Shown: positions 50,170 to 63,596, numbered from the whole stretch's first letter. The stretch: 63,863 nt of DNA, filler included, from Choristocarpus tenellus KU-1152 (GCA_964200185.2; 13 parts of 13 records of this genome joined end to end with filler, not necessarily neighbours in it), one strand, 5' to 3'. Program-made: numbers and translations. The notes: generated from the letters alone by a model not told the origin.

Positions 50170-53100
50170 GGAAAGGCTTGGTTGTTTTGGTTCCCCTGCC
50201 TTGGTTGGCCGATTTAAGGGTCCAAAGGAAGGAAGGGCAGGGTGGCACAGTGATGTCATGATCTCTCTGAAGTCACGCATGTGAATGCCTTGCGCCGTGC
50301 GTCTTGCGAGATCCATATCTTTCTTGTGTGGTGCGAGATCCATATCTTTCCTGCGTGTCATTGACAACAACAACAAAAAAGAAGCGCGTAGATGGTGCAT
50401 TTAACTATGGTGATTTCCTGTTTCTACTAGGCCGTTGGATTACCTCTCCATCGTTTCAAGTCCTAGTGCCCACTTCTGTTTTTTTTTGTCGATTGGGTGA
50501 GGTGCTGCAGTCCTTGCGTGTGTAAAGTAAAGCTGTTGAACTCTACTGTTGTTTTGTGTGTGTGTGTATTGGTAGAATGATTGAGGAAGAATGCCCCAAG
50601 GCAGGGAGGACTGTGTGCCTTGCGCAACCTGGACATTGGCCCAGAAGACGGATGATGGGCTTGTTGTACACTGATTGGGCCGTATATGCCTTGTATCTTT
50701 ATCTTATGTTGTTGCTCTTCCATTTGATAAGTGCAGGCCACATATTTTCCTGCCTTTGCATCTATATGTATCCTACTCAGCCAGTGTGATCCAGACCTTG
50801 AATTGGCAGGCCTCTACATTACCACTCTTGGCATAGATGGTTATTGCACTACTATCGAGTTCCACGCACCTTCTCTTTTTCCTTCCTATTTGTTTGATTC
50901 CACGCCTCTGTGGAGCAAGCAGTAATCAAGGACTAATCCCAGGACAGTGATGGAGTTTGTTTTGGTTTACTTGGCAGTCCTGAAGTATGATCACGCTTGT
51001 TGTATTGATTTTCCCCCTTTTTTGATGTTGTGATGTAATGTATCTATACATGCTTCTCATTGCCCTCATAGGAAGAGCTATTTGAATCCCCTCTTGGTTA
51101 TCTATTTACAGGTGTGATTTTTCTTCCATGTTGCATCTCTTTGCAAGGAGAGAGAGCATAGTTTGTTTTTCCTCTCAAGCCTGTTGAGTCCCTTTATTCA
51201 ATGTTCACTTGTTTGATTTGTGTGTTTGTGTGGCGATAATTTGTACTTGATGTTTTCCTTGGACTATCATGGCCGAGGTGCGGAGAATGGGATAGGGTCT
51301 GCTTGATTCCTGGCATGCTAGACATGCAATCACTTTGTTTGGAGCTACAGTCGTGTAATAGGCATGTGTGAAATAAAGCGTTTTAATGGAAATCTAGGTA
51401 CGTTTCCTTTCCTTAGCATGTCAACAGTTTTGTGGGGGTTGTGGTGTTGTTCCTCTCTCGAGCTAAGTCAATTACAAATTATAGTTTCTTGGCAGCATTC
51501 TTGAGGGTCTTTGGTAGTGCTACATGTGGCTGGCCCCATACTCTGAGTTGACAGCTGATAGAGTGCGACACTTGCTCCAATAGATAAGGCTACATACAGA
51601 GCTTAATGCGACTCTTGACAAATACGATCGATTTGCCCCTCTCTCATACTCTCGAACAACTTCAATCTTACATCACTCAAACTGAGTGTAGACAGAGTCG
51701 GGTGTTTCTTACGCTATTTTTTAATTTCATGTGTCATATTTATTGTGCCACTACTTGTACTTAACTGTACCCTTCCTTTGCCACCCTGCCCTCTCATTAT
51801 TGGACCATCTCTTTTTGTGCCGTTTTTTTTGTTGAGGTTGTCTTAGGGGCATAGTTTGATTAGAGGAGCAGTTTGTTTCAATCTTCAGGTGTGCTTCGCC
51901 TGTCAGATATTTCTCGTTACCTGTGGTAGCTTACATACTCTCACGTTAACAGGGAGCAGTATCTGGGGGTGTGCTAGGCCACAATCTTGTTATTCCCTGG
52001 CCGATAAAGCGGTAGTGCCAATTGGTTTAGGACCTCTCTATACATTCAAAAACAAGGGGAAAATCCTTACTCCTAGTTCACCCTTACAGAGGATGATGAT
52101 ATTCCCAAGACAAAGTGATGGGATTGTGCTTCACTGGTCTTCTTGTTTACAATGTCGGTGTGTATCAAATTGGTTTGACCTAGCACCTGAAGGGCAATCA
52201 TTTGCTGTAAAGCATCTTTCTTTGAACACAAAAGTGGTGATAACCTGCTGCAATGAAAGGGTTGAGGTACATTAATTTAATCAAGCGGGGGATAAGTTGA
52301 TGCGACTGGCAGGATGCTAGTGATTGATCTCTGGGAACATTTTCACAATGACCTCCACGTACCACCCAAAGGACGTTGATTTGCATGGTGCATTGATACT
52401 ACTGTGAACAAAAGTCTGTGGCAACCCTAACCCTAAGGAGAACAGCAGAATTCGAGACCTGCCTGCAGGATTATTATACTGTGCAAAATCTTGGATGAAA
52501 ACACAACACAACAACATACAGCCTGGTTCGAAAAAATGGATTGAAGAGATTATATCTTCGAAATAAATGCAGGTATGGCGTACTTCAGATACTAGCTGCT
52601 AATATTGAATTATAGTCTTCGTCTTACGTTTCTTCCTTGGTTTGCTTTGTCATCCAATGTGTGCATAGTTACGTATCTTGTCCACTATTTCATTATAAAT
52701 TGTGAAGGGTTACGATTAGTCCCCATATCTTCAGTCTAAAATATACGCCGAGTCAGAACTGCACTGAGAACTGTAGGGGAATATAGGTTTGAGAACAATA
52801 ATACATTGTCGCTATGCAACGAGTATTATACGTGAAAGCCGACAAGACAAGAGTGTGCATGTTGTAGCGAATGAAAAAATGAGTACTCTGCAGTATATTG
52901 CTCTATTTTATAATACAATATATTGACCTGGAAGTACATTATCAGAGTCTACTTGGACTAACTTCTGCTCCAATAGAAGATCATTATCTGGTACGCAAAA
53001 TTATTATCAAGACATACCTTTCTGTACCTTCATCCATAAGTAAGTACCTGACCCACGTCATGCTTCCAAGACACACCTCAATTCTGCCCTCGGTCAGGGT

Positions 53101-53763
53101 GTTAGTGGGCTGGTGTCCGACACCATTAATAATGAAAGTAAAAAAGAAGAGTTCCGTACAAGAGTGAGAGATCACAAATTGCATACAAGATTGAGAAGCA
53201 ACTTTTTTTGTTTCCATGTCTGACGAAATATTATGTTACACTTATCCACATCTTCCCTTGAAGTCATACCTACCATGACCACCTTCATTAGTATTACTCT
53301 TCCACCTCCTATTTCAAAATGGAACTCTATACAAATATCTCTCGGGAACTCTACAATAATAGTTGTTGGATGTACTTCGTATAAATAACGTACTCTGCAC
53401 CTACATTGCGGTGCTATGGATAGGCAAAGTGGACCTAAAACTGTATACACACAGACAGACTGAGAATTCTTTCGCATTGTGTGCCTAGCGCTCACATCCT
53501 GCCGACTGATGCAGTAACCTGGCACCAATTGGACAATGTGCCTTTTCCACTCCCAAAGACCGACTGGCTATGTGACGGATTTCCCGAGGTGGGAACCTGT
53601 CTCTGGAGTTCGAGGGACAGTGGCATTGCGTACCCCTTGATCCCTGCCCACACTGGGTCCTATGACAATCGAGCTTGGAGACAAGAGGAAGATCTCATTC
53701 CAGTGCTGGATTAGGAGGGAGACTGTCGAGAAGAGAAGTGACCCTACTATGACTGCCTCTACT

Positions 53764-53972
53764 GAGTGAAAGTATCTTAGAGGGTACGAGTTTTGCCCTG
53801 CTTGTCCCTTTGGTGCTTGGCTTCCCCATGGGTTTTTTTATGACATTTTCCTACTCCAAAATGTTTAGGAGTAGGTAAAATGTATACATTCTGAAAAGCT
53901 GTGTCTGGAACAAGGATATTGACACTTACTAACAAGCATGATAGCCAAAATTACATCATGATACTTTGGCTC
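53764..53972. mobile_element. MITE subfamily B with a subterminal deletion
   Basis: GAGTGAAAGTATCTTAGAGGGTA...GATACTTTGGCTC; 3-bp TSD ACT. Confidence 0.9.
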
Positions 53973-54564
53973 ACTTGTACCACAAAATGAGGCAAAATAT
54001 GTGGTGAGACCCTTTTTTTTATTCCTGGTCGCTTCATTCTTTCGAGAGCAAAATATTATAATGAGATACTCAGAATATTGTAAGTAGAACGTTATTGTGT
54101 GTTAGGCTATCATAGATGCTGTTCATTGTCGGGTCATAAAATGAGGAGATGGTCTCTACTACAATCATAGGACCATTGCAAAGGGGTACATCATGGATAT
54201 GTTTCTGGAGGATCGCATTTGACATGTGTACAAGGAAGGGGATCACCGTTGAAACATGTATTTTTTGCTCTTGCTCGCATGTGCCAGCAGAAGCAGAAAA
54301 AGTACTGGACTGTATGACTTGAACTCAAAAAAAGCTGATCGATCAAGAGTTTGGTTGAGTTTTGATCAAACCGGAAGCAATTCAAGCCCCTAATGTTGTC
54401 ACCACATTGGCCACAAGATGGCTTTGCCCATGACTCGGACCCGTCTTTCATATTTAAAAAAATATGGGAAAAGGAGCACCCTTCCATAAACTCTATGTAG
54501 ATTCTCACTTCATTGCCACCTAAAAGACAACTTAGCTTTTCCATCAGCTTTTCTTAGGCTGTTT

Positions 54565-56444
54565 CTACATTGGCACAAACAATTGCCGTGCCTGCTTAGG
54601 CAATCTCTGCTGAATGTAGCAGGTGTCACTTCCCCAGGACTGTGTGATAGTTGTCTGACAAGTTGGGGTAAGGGCAACAGGGTGATGGTTAGGTATAGGA
54701 AGCCTGTGTTCAGATCATATGCTCATAGCATTCAACGGTTTCATAATGCAAAGAATTAATTCAAACCATTCAGAATTCACAATGCACACACCACACCGAA
54801 AAATAATAATAATGGTATTGACCATTCTCTTCTTTATGCATACAAAACATCAACATAGAACCATGCAATATATTATTCAAATTTCATGTCTCAGTTGCTG
54901 CACAAAACTAGAAGATATATCACCTTTTTTTTAACTCATTGAACTTCACAGTTAAAGCTGGAGTGGGACATTGCCGAATAATGGCAAGGTCCTACCCATT
55001 CTCACATAAGGTGTTTTTTGGCAAGATGAAATCCGAACCTAGTCCCTGCAACTTACACTGAATAGAGAAAATAGCTTTGTTACTTTGGTCATTCCCATTC
55101 AAGTCAGAGCTTCGCACACTACAAAAGAAAACTTAGTGGAACGAAACTGCTACACTTTCTTGACGCCACATGCTCCAGAGTAAGTGATACTTTGTTTGAT
55201 TATATGACTTTGATCCAATGTACACCTCCTCCCACTGTATATTCTGTTGCACAAACTAGTCTTATGTTGAATCCTTTCCCATGCTGGGAGCCAACTTCCT
55301 GTGCACTGGTGCCTCTGTGAGAAATCTCGAATCTTATTGCACAGTCGAGAGAGTCGATCGATTGGTAGCATCTGGATCTTTAGCATGTTACAGGGCACTT
55401 GAATACTGCCGATGCCAATACAAGGTGCGAAGGTTTAACTTAACTGCATCACCCATAACAGAAAAACTAGTCACTTCCGATTCCAGCTCATAGTTAGTGT
55501 TGAGTACTCTGAAGTACTGCAGCGTACCAGGTAGAGCTCAGAGAGTCTGTCCTAACTATGCAAATATTAGCTTGTGGCACAATCTGATGACATGATTGAC
55601 TTGATCGTTATGGAAGTTCAAATGTACGTCCAATGATGTAATATGCACGTACTTTCACAGAAACGGCTCATAAATCTCCCACGACAGTGAGTGAAGTTGT
55701 GGAAAAGCTCATTCAGTAAAGGATGGGCACATATTAAAGTCCCTCTGATGTGGTAACACACAAGGTGTGAGCTGCAGTGGGGCTAGAAGTGAGGGATTTA
55801 CACAAGATTCTGCAAGGACAAGAGCAACAGAAGAAGGTCAAGCATAAACACGGTGTAGCTATTTGCAGTGATTGACTTGGTGTGTGGTGTGGCAATGCTT
55901 AAGCAAAACGTAAGATCGGAGCACAAGAAAAGGTATCAGGGAGCTGATTGTAGCACATATTCTGAACCGCCGGAGATGCTACCTAGATAAATAATTTCAA
56001 ATAGGGGACTGCAAACAAAACAGTATTGGAACCATAGTTCCCATAGTGTTGTATTGGGTAGCTCTCTGAATCTTGTTTGCAGAGCCAATAGCACTGTCCC
56101 TCCCCTTTGTAACATCATGGACCAAGGTATGGGCACTGGTGTAGCCACATGTGCCAAGTAAGGGGTAGTATACCGTTGCTTATTTCAAATGGGACGTGAG
56201 GCAAGGGGCATGTAGTCAGTCTCAACATCATGTACACCCCCACATGGTCACCGACTGACCTGGTCCACAGTTTTGAACTCTTTAGATAAGAGAGCGAAAG
56301 AGGTGGTGATGACAAGGGCTCCTTCCTTGAGAGCTTCGGCCCTTCTGGTGAGCTTCTCCATAACATTCCCATCGAAGCAGGTACAGTTTAAAAAGACCAC
56401 ATCACCTAACCGAAAGGTGGATTCAAAGCAGTTATCACTAAGAT
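54565..56444 (-). CDS. DOT1-like class I SAM-dependent methyltransferase, C-terminal exons
   Basis: Exon 56260-56444 (LSDNCFESTFRLGDVVFLNCTCFDGNVMEKLTRRAEALKEGALVITTSFALLSKEFKTVDQ) joins exon 54565-54654 (TTITQSWGSDTCYIQQR...*). Matches the DV(I/V)FxN..F, LK.G..I and SW motifs of DOT1-type folds. Confidence 0.72.
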
Positions 56445-57296
56445 CTTGGTATCCATGACACAGCCACCACTCATGACCCAAAGTATCTGGGGGGGGGGCT
56501 ACACCAGGGTGTCCATTTGGGTCAAAATAAGGAAAAGTGTATTTACATTATNNNNNNNNNNNNNNNNNNNNNNNNNNNNNNNNNNNNNNNNNNNNTTAAT
56601 TAATTAANNNNNNNNNNNNNNNNNNNNNNNNNNNNNNNNNNNNNNNNNNNNTCTCAGTCTTGGTCCAAATGGACGCCCTGGTGTAACCCCCCCCCCCACA
56701 CACACACCCAGATACTTTGGGTCTCATCAGCCTACATATATCCGAATGTCTTCCTGTGGAAGTTGAATGTTGATGACTTGATCTATTGAAACATAAGTAC
56801 TGCCTCCTATTGCAGCCTACAGTAAGGCAGTTGTAGATAAGATCAAATACATAGATACAGCATGTAGTATTGCAGGTCAGCTATGCTGCTTGATAATGTA
56901 CGGTGACAAAACTATCCTAGCCCTAACCCTAACCCTTCTATTCATTAGAGGGAAGACACATTCTTTAGGACCACTGAGGGTTCCTATTGTGCTTCAGGAA
57001 TTCCTTCCATTGTCCCAGGAAGCCATCAATTAGAACTGTATGGCACCAGAGAACAGGTAGTATATTTTTCTAGAGAAACAAAAGAGAGGCTGCTGTTCAA
57101 CTAGTACTACCTGTAGAATAGGCCTTGCTAAAATAATAGAAGAAATAGGCACATGAAATTTGTACATCAATCAAATGATGAGGTGAACCCAACAAAAAGC
57201 ACTACAGGCATCTCTCTCCTCAACCTGTCCTTTTTCCTTGCCTTCCCCCCCATCCACAACTGCGCTTCTACCACATTTACCACACAATGTTGATAG

Positions 57297-60200
57297 TTGC
57301 CTGACACAGAATGGTCAGACGACCTCACCGACATGTCGATAGAGGTTCGCTCTGATCATATCATGAGAATCAACCCCAATGAAGCCGTCTGCATGGTCCT
57401 AATCCCAGACAAGAAACGGGACTGGATGATAGAAGGCCTACATCACAACAATGAGCACAGTGATCTCCTTGCACCACACCTCGTTCAGTCATCTGCCCGT
57501 GTGGCCCCAAGCACAACTGTTGCTGCTGCTGCGTCCTCCACCATGTTTGAGACCACTGCTGCTGAGGATGCCTCTGGCAAGAATGGTGCTATGGAGCCCT
57601 GTGCTCTACACAGAGACTGGAATACATCCAATGTCTTCGTCACTGGGTGCAGAGGTTGTGACAAGCACTTTGAATACTTGGACTCTGTGTCATGTTTTGT
57701 CGAAGTGGGAAGATGGGCCATGGACCTGCCTACAGGATGGGAACTGAGGTGTGTTGCTTACTCATGCTTTCTTTGTTCTGTGACCAAAGCGCCAAGTGCT
57801 GATACCGGTGTCATTGAGATTGGTGGGTGGCAGGTGGTTCAGTGACTCTTCGCTTCAAATCATATGCTGTTCTTGCTTCTGGAAATACTAGGGGCATTGG
57901 AAGGGTCATGAAGGTGGCAGTGGTGAGGATAGCCATTCCCAGACATTGGGGTTGTGTAATGGTACTGGGCTTGAGACAGGACAAAGCCCAGTGAACATGA
58001 CTACGAACATCTCAGTCGTGCGTTTACACATTCTGCAGGTCATGAATATATCCTGCAAGGTATTAGTGCATATAATTTTTCACCTCTTCGAAATTTGTAC
58101 TCTATCGTACTTCAAGGAATTATGACATGAGATAGCAGTGAATTAGAAAAATCAAACAAAGTATCGGTTACAGTACATGGGTCGAGGTGTCTCCCGTCAA
58201 GCGTAGTGTTTGCATTTATTACATTAAGCGAAGTTGATGCAAACCACCTAGTAAATATGTTGCGTGTATGAGGTACCAATACTAATAGTTGTACATTTTT
58301 TTTAATACATAGATGAAAGGGCAAGTACTTTTTTGGTTTGCAAGGGTTGCGTACATTGCATCAAGGAAGTAAGTTTGATTTTTTGAACATTATAGAGATA
58401 CCGTTGACCAGATATGAGGGGATCGACAAATTGATATGATGGTGTCCGTTACTATATATCACAGGTATACCGGTGACAAAATATATCCAATAATTCATAC
58501 CACCATCAGTTCCACAGTCATTGTATTCCTTTGAATCCACGAATTCTACATTGATTTTCGTGCATGGTCTGCGTGCTCTTATTGTACTTGTGCAAGCGGG
58601 ATTAAAATAGGGTTAGAGTGTGGTTGGCAGTGTAGGTACGGCTGTTCAAAAAGTTCCCAACGACATGTTGGGTACATCTTTCTTGGTACACCTTGAGTGA
58701 TTACGTAGTACGTTCATACCGTCATATGTTCATACCGTCCCCTCAACAAAACTTTTTTTTGGTGTGTCGAAATCAGGGTTAGGTGGTGGTTTACCCCCAA
58801 AATGGCCCTGCCATTTCGTTAGTCACAAGGACTAAGCATAATACCAAATGTTAAAAATTATTTCCTTGCGGTGGTTGCGATTGTGCAGGCAGGTGTGTAG
58901 GTTGCCGTTTTGACTTAAATACTGGGTAACCTTGTGCAGTCAGGCAAAAAAAGCACTTGCCAGTGCTGACCCGTCCTATGACCTGAACTCTTCACCCGAT
59001 ACATGATATATGCTGGCATGAATTGTTGTGCAGGTATGACATGAAGAACCGCCCATACTATGTTGATCACAATTCGAAAAGTTCCCAGTGGAACCACCCT
59101 TGGCATGACATCAGGACGACAGAGAACGCTAAATGGGGAGGGGCTTGCTCCTCTGATCATTTCCAGGCGAAGAATATGGTGAGGCAACCTTATATAATAT
59201 CATCAATCAGATATTAGGACAATGAGGAAAGCCTATTCAGGAGAGTCTGTAAAAATGTGCCTCTTTCAGCACCCGTTTCTTTCAGTGCAAAGGTGTAGCC
59301 TCACACCTTCCTATGACCCCTGTTGTGGGGCAGTAGGGTGACAAGCCGTGTGGGATATTTTCAGGAGTACCGTGAGTCTCTTCTGAGAGGTCCATTCTGC
59401 CTATCTTGTTCTGTGAGGTCTAGTCACTTATACCTGCCAATGAATCTGCGTAGATGGTGTTATCAGGTCGTGTTTTCGTTATTATTTTTGTTCCTAACTA
59501 ACGACAATACGTGTGACTGGAAGGATTTCTCTTTGACCAACTATCAAATTTGTGCTCTTCAGGTTCGAAATAGTGCAAGCACTGACTTGAGGGCAGGAAT
59601 GCAGCGGAACGAAGGACCACCTCTCCCAACATGCGTCCAACAATGCTTGCCAAAGTTCACACATACTTTTGGTGACGACAAGACAATTGCTGAACTTCAG
59701 AAGAGGGGTAAGAACTGTTCGTTCCAGAGCAAAGTCTGTTTTGTTGGAAATATATGTGTTGGAATGAGCTCGTGTTTTGGTTGAAACAATGGACGCACAT
59801 GTGTCTTGTTAAAAAGAAAAAAAGACAGGATTTCTCCTTTTCTCTAAGCAGTTGTGGATTCCACTCAAAGAGGGGCATCACTACCGCTTTTCATCGTTCT
59901 TGCTTTGTGGTGGCGTGAGCGATTTGGGTGGACTCACTGCTGTTTGTGTGGCTGGTTTGGGTACAACTTCTTTGTAGTTCACACAATTTAGTTTCATCGT
60001 TTTTCATAGCGCAGCATCTAAATTTCAGAGAAGAGTTTGAACATGGACAACCCCCCTTCATCTGCCGAGTCTTAACTTTATTGGATAGTAGCAGTGTGCT
60101 TTGCAGTTGGGATTAAACTTTTTAGGAAGTACGTATTGGAAGACTGATCATAATATACATTTCAAAGAGTAGTGTTGATATGTACATTCATTAACCCTGA

Positions 60201-60506
60201 TCTATAGTGTTGACTCCAATACATTCATGTTTCGACTTTGTTTGAAGGAAGGGAACGTCCCGCCTCATCATAGTATATTGACCCATTTGAGAAATGTTTG
60301 GGATGACAATCGATTTGCCATCATTACGTCACATGAAAATAGCCATGTACAAACCTGCCTATCCTACATACTGCACCTCTTTTCGCGGTTCGTCTTTAAC
60401 AGGTTTCGAACTGGATGAATGCAATGACGCCATTAGGGAGCTTGGCTGTCATGCGACAATTGATGAAGTGGAAAACTACATCCTCGAATGTCGATGTTAT
60501 GGGTAG
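57297..60506 (+). CDS. Protein with a WW domain and C-terminal UBA-like domain (3' exons)
   Basis: Exons 57297-57748, 59034-59178, 59563-59707 and 60403-60506 splice in phase. WW: LPTGWELRYDMKNRPYYVDHNSKSSQWNHP. UBA-like: IAELQKRGFELDECNDAIRELGCHATIDEVENYILE, then a stop. Confidence 0.85.
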
Positions 60507-60920
60507 TGATAGTGAAGAAAGTGCTTCCTGAAAAAATATGGAAGAGTTTAAGAATAGTAAAATATTGTAGCAAGTAATAATCTGTAAATAATGATAGGTG
60601 ATACACAGAATAGGATCGATTTGTTGGGAAGGATCTTTTTTGTGGACTTGAAGGCTCACTCCTCCTTTCTCTTTCCTTACTTCATCTGCACCTAAATCAT
60701 CAAGAAATATTTAATGTTGACAACTATTGAGAAACAGCAGCATTGTACCAATGATACACTGTAATATAATATGCGCAGTGTACAATATTGAGTTGAAATA
60801 TATTGGACCAAATGCTTCCAAACAACTGAACCTAGTTGTGAGAAACAGATTTGACAATGATATACTATAACGTATATATGCATGTAGGACTTCATGAGGA
60901 TATATTGGGTCGATGCTTCA

Positions 60921-61101
60921 GGCTCAAAGTATCTGGGAAGGGGTGGCAGCTGTCCATTTGGGGGCAATTTTTTTTATAATGTCGCGATTTTTGTGTGATT
61001 TGGTTACATACGTCGGATGGATACTGTAAATACACTTTTCCTGATTTTGACCCAAATGGACCCCTGGTGTAGACCCTCCCCCCCCCCAGATACTTTGGGT
61101 C
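60921..61101. mobile_element. MITE subfamily A, full length
   Basis: TIRs GGCTCAAAGTATCTGGG...CCCAGATACTTTGGGTC; flanks (TCA/ATA) do not form a clean TSD. Confidence 0.88.
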
Positions 61102-61544
61102 ATACATATGCGATAATTGGCAAANNNNNNNNNNNNNNNNNNNNNNNNNNNNNNNNNNNNNNNNNNNNTTAATTAATTAANNNNNNNNNNNNNNNNNNNN
61201 NNNNNNNNNNNNNNNNNNNNNNNNCCCCTCCCCCATACCGAGGTTCTCCTTATCTTCATTGCCCTCGTCGTCCTTGTCCTCCTTCTGCTGCTCCTTGTCC
61301 TCCTCCTTGTCGTCGTCGGTGTTGTCCTCCTTTTCGTCCCCATTCTTCCCCCCCCTCTCCTCTCCTCCTCCCTTGAATTTAGTCTTCCGTCCTTCTCCCA
61401 CAATACCCCCCCTTTCCCTCGCCTCGATAGCAGACCGTAGAACTGTCAAGACCTTGGTAGGAATCTTTTGCCGTTCCCAACAAGTTTGTCGCACGTCGAA
61501 ACAATACCGAGTACAATAACACTGTGTACATACATCAAACCCAC

Positions 61545-62144
61545 CTCTCCACGCCGGAGGATGCTCTCGCGTTAGGTGTACCTTTGCAAGCGTCGATGAC
61601 ATGATTGGATATTCCGAACTATGCCTTAAAAAAACTGTGTACAAACAGGAATGCTGGCCGCGAGCGTAGATCCGCCTCCAGGCCCCAACTTAATCACAGG
61701 TACACGATCACCAACGAAGTGCTTGCGATCACAGCGATTCTCACACGCCCAGATGATGTCCTGTTCTTTGGCCAATGTGCGCGCAAGGAAGGACTCGCTA
61801 TCTGCCGCAAACTTCTTCGCACAGGCTAAGCGCTTGCAGCAGTCACCCTGTTCGTTGACCGGGATGGGTTGAGCCCATTCTCGGCGAAGCTTGGCGCCGG
61901 TCACTGAAGCGTCACTGGTAGAAAGCTCCAGCGCATCATTGTTGGTGGGCTGATGAGGGGGCAACACAGGGGGTGGCGCAGGCGACAAAAGCCACTCCCT
62001 TGCTGTGGGAGCAATTGTCATGGTGTTTTCGGGCAACAGGCGGTCTTGGGCAGTGAGAAGGTCTAGGAGTGAATTGAATTCGAAGCCGGGCATATGAACG
62101 ATGTTTGAGCTTCGGGCGATCCATGGGACCACCCTGAGATCCAT
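61545..62144 (-). pseudogene. N-terminal part of a Sola-like transposase (one frameshift, one stop)
   Basis: 172-aa ORF with CCKRLACAKKF and IPVCTQFF. Removing one T from a T7 run continues the frame as KA*FGISNHVIDACKGTP, giving the CC-x4-C-x3-F ... VC-x3-F-x4-GIS pattern seen in Sola-type transposases. Confidence 0.5.
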
Positions 62145-62149
62145 GGTCC

Positions 62150-62665
62150 GGAAAACATGTGCATTATGGTTTTTAGAAATTAAAAATTCGATTATAGTCG
62201 TAATTTCGATTTTTAAAAATACAAAGCATAAACTTAATTGATCTTATACGTTTCCAATGTTCCGAAACCAAAAGGTAAAAAAAAACTGCCACCCTCTAAT
62301 TGTTTTAAGTACAAAATCTTATATTGTTCGACATTTCTAATACAAATGTCGACAAAAAGCGGTTTTTGAGGTTCGGGCAATCCGTCGGACCACCCAAAAC
62401 CCTTGAACCGCCAAAACACGTGCATTAGGGTTTTTATGAAATAATAAAAATATTCTATTCTTCATATCAACAAATAAAAATACAAACCACATTCTTCATT
62501 GATCTAATATGTTTGAAACATTCCGAAACGAAAAGGTCGCAAAAAACTGATACTCTCTATCTGTTTTAAATATGAAATCTTATACTGTTCAATATTCGTA
62601 TTTGTTGTAACATATTTATCAATGGAAAGAGAAATCTGAGTTCTTTGGGGACCGACCGACCAGAT
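62150..62665. repeat. Diverged tandem duplication (~260-bp period) in an AT-rich divergent intergenic region
   Basis: AAAACATGTGCATTA/AAAACACGTGCATTA (62152/62413); TTCCGAAACCAAAAGGT/TTCCGAAACGAAAAGGT; AAATCTTATATTGTTC/AAATCTTATACTGTTC. Confidence 0.85.
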
Positions 62666-62778
62666 GAAATAAAGCAGCGCCTCCCAGCCCTCACTCCTCA
62701 TTTCCATTCCTTCCCTTCCGCACATACCACCAGCAGATCTTACTTATCTATCACCGTCACACCCTCCCAATCTTCGCC

Positions 62779-63596
62779 ATGTCCAACATTCGCTCAACAC
62801 CGACCCCCCTGCCCGCCGATGGAGCTGCCCACGGATCGAGAGCGTCGTACAGCAATGCCAAGGGCATGTCCTCGCTCCTCGAACATCACTACCTCGGCAC
62901 GTACAAGATGAAACTTGGCAACATCACATGCACGGAGATGGTGCGTCCCCTGAGCGAGCATGGCCTTGTGCGCGTCAGCAAGTCCATCTATGAAAAAGGC
63001 TGGCTCGAGCAGTTTGCTCTGTCCGTCGTTATCCAACGAGACTGCTTAGGCAACGGGGACCAGCTCACCGCCGACACTGCGCTTGCCGTTCAAGGACGAA
63101 CACTGGACGGAAACCATACAATAACGATGTTGAAGAGAGAGTTTGATCACGAACGCGCTTTCATGATGCGGGTCTACATGGAGTTCAACCAAGCAGAAGA
63201 GAGGCTAATTGCCAACGGTGAGTGATGGAGTGTTGTCATTGTTCCATGATCGCCTGATGACTCTTCTGATCTACCACGTTATTGCCGTGTTTCCTTTGTT
63301 TGGTTCATCGTCAGTCAGCCCGTTGTTAATCTTTTTTATCCCTCATGGTCTTTCTGTCAGCAGCAACATGTTGCTCACTACTGCCTGCAGCGTGTGTCCC
63401 GCGACAGCTTCCCACCTACCCCTTGCCCCGTTCGCCCACTGCACTGCTTATAGCATTCAACGACGCGACCGAGAGTGTGATTGAGCGCACGCTGTACGAT
63501 AAGGTATATTTTCAGCACGACCTCCAAGAAGCTATCAAGCGCCAGACGAAGAAGAAAGAAGTGTCACTAACAGAGATCCGCAAAATGTACAAAAAG
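62779..63596 (+). CDS. ParB/sulfiredoxin-like domain protein, spliced (possibly decaying)
   Basis: Exons 62779-63217 and 63454-63596 join in phase: ...VRPLSEHGLVRVSKSIYEKGWLEQFALSV...TLDGNHTITML...EERLIANAFNDATESVIERTLYDKVYF...VSLTEIRKMYKK. Matches the ParB-N pattern R-x10-SI-x3-G...DGxHR followed by a helical linker. A next candidate exon (~63790) contains stops. Confidence 0.62.

Noticed and set aside
55090-55435. Long foldback in the methyltransferase intron
   Set aside because: The complementary 8-mers cross rather than nest, which is consistent with chance.
56475-56723. One MITE split by the gap
   Set aside because: Both sides carry the same (GACCC) end, so they are independent insertions.
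5537-61224. Regularly recurring TTAATTAATTAA flanked by Ns as a biological repeat
   Set aside because: Identical 100-bp synthetic linker with six-frame stops; ORFs containing X runs are artefacts.
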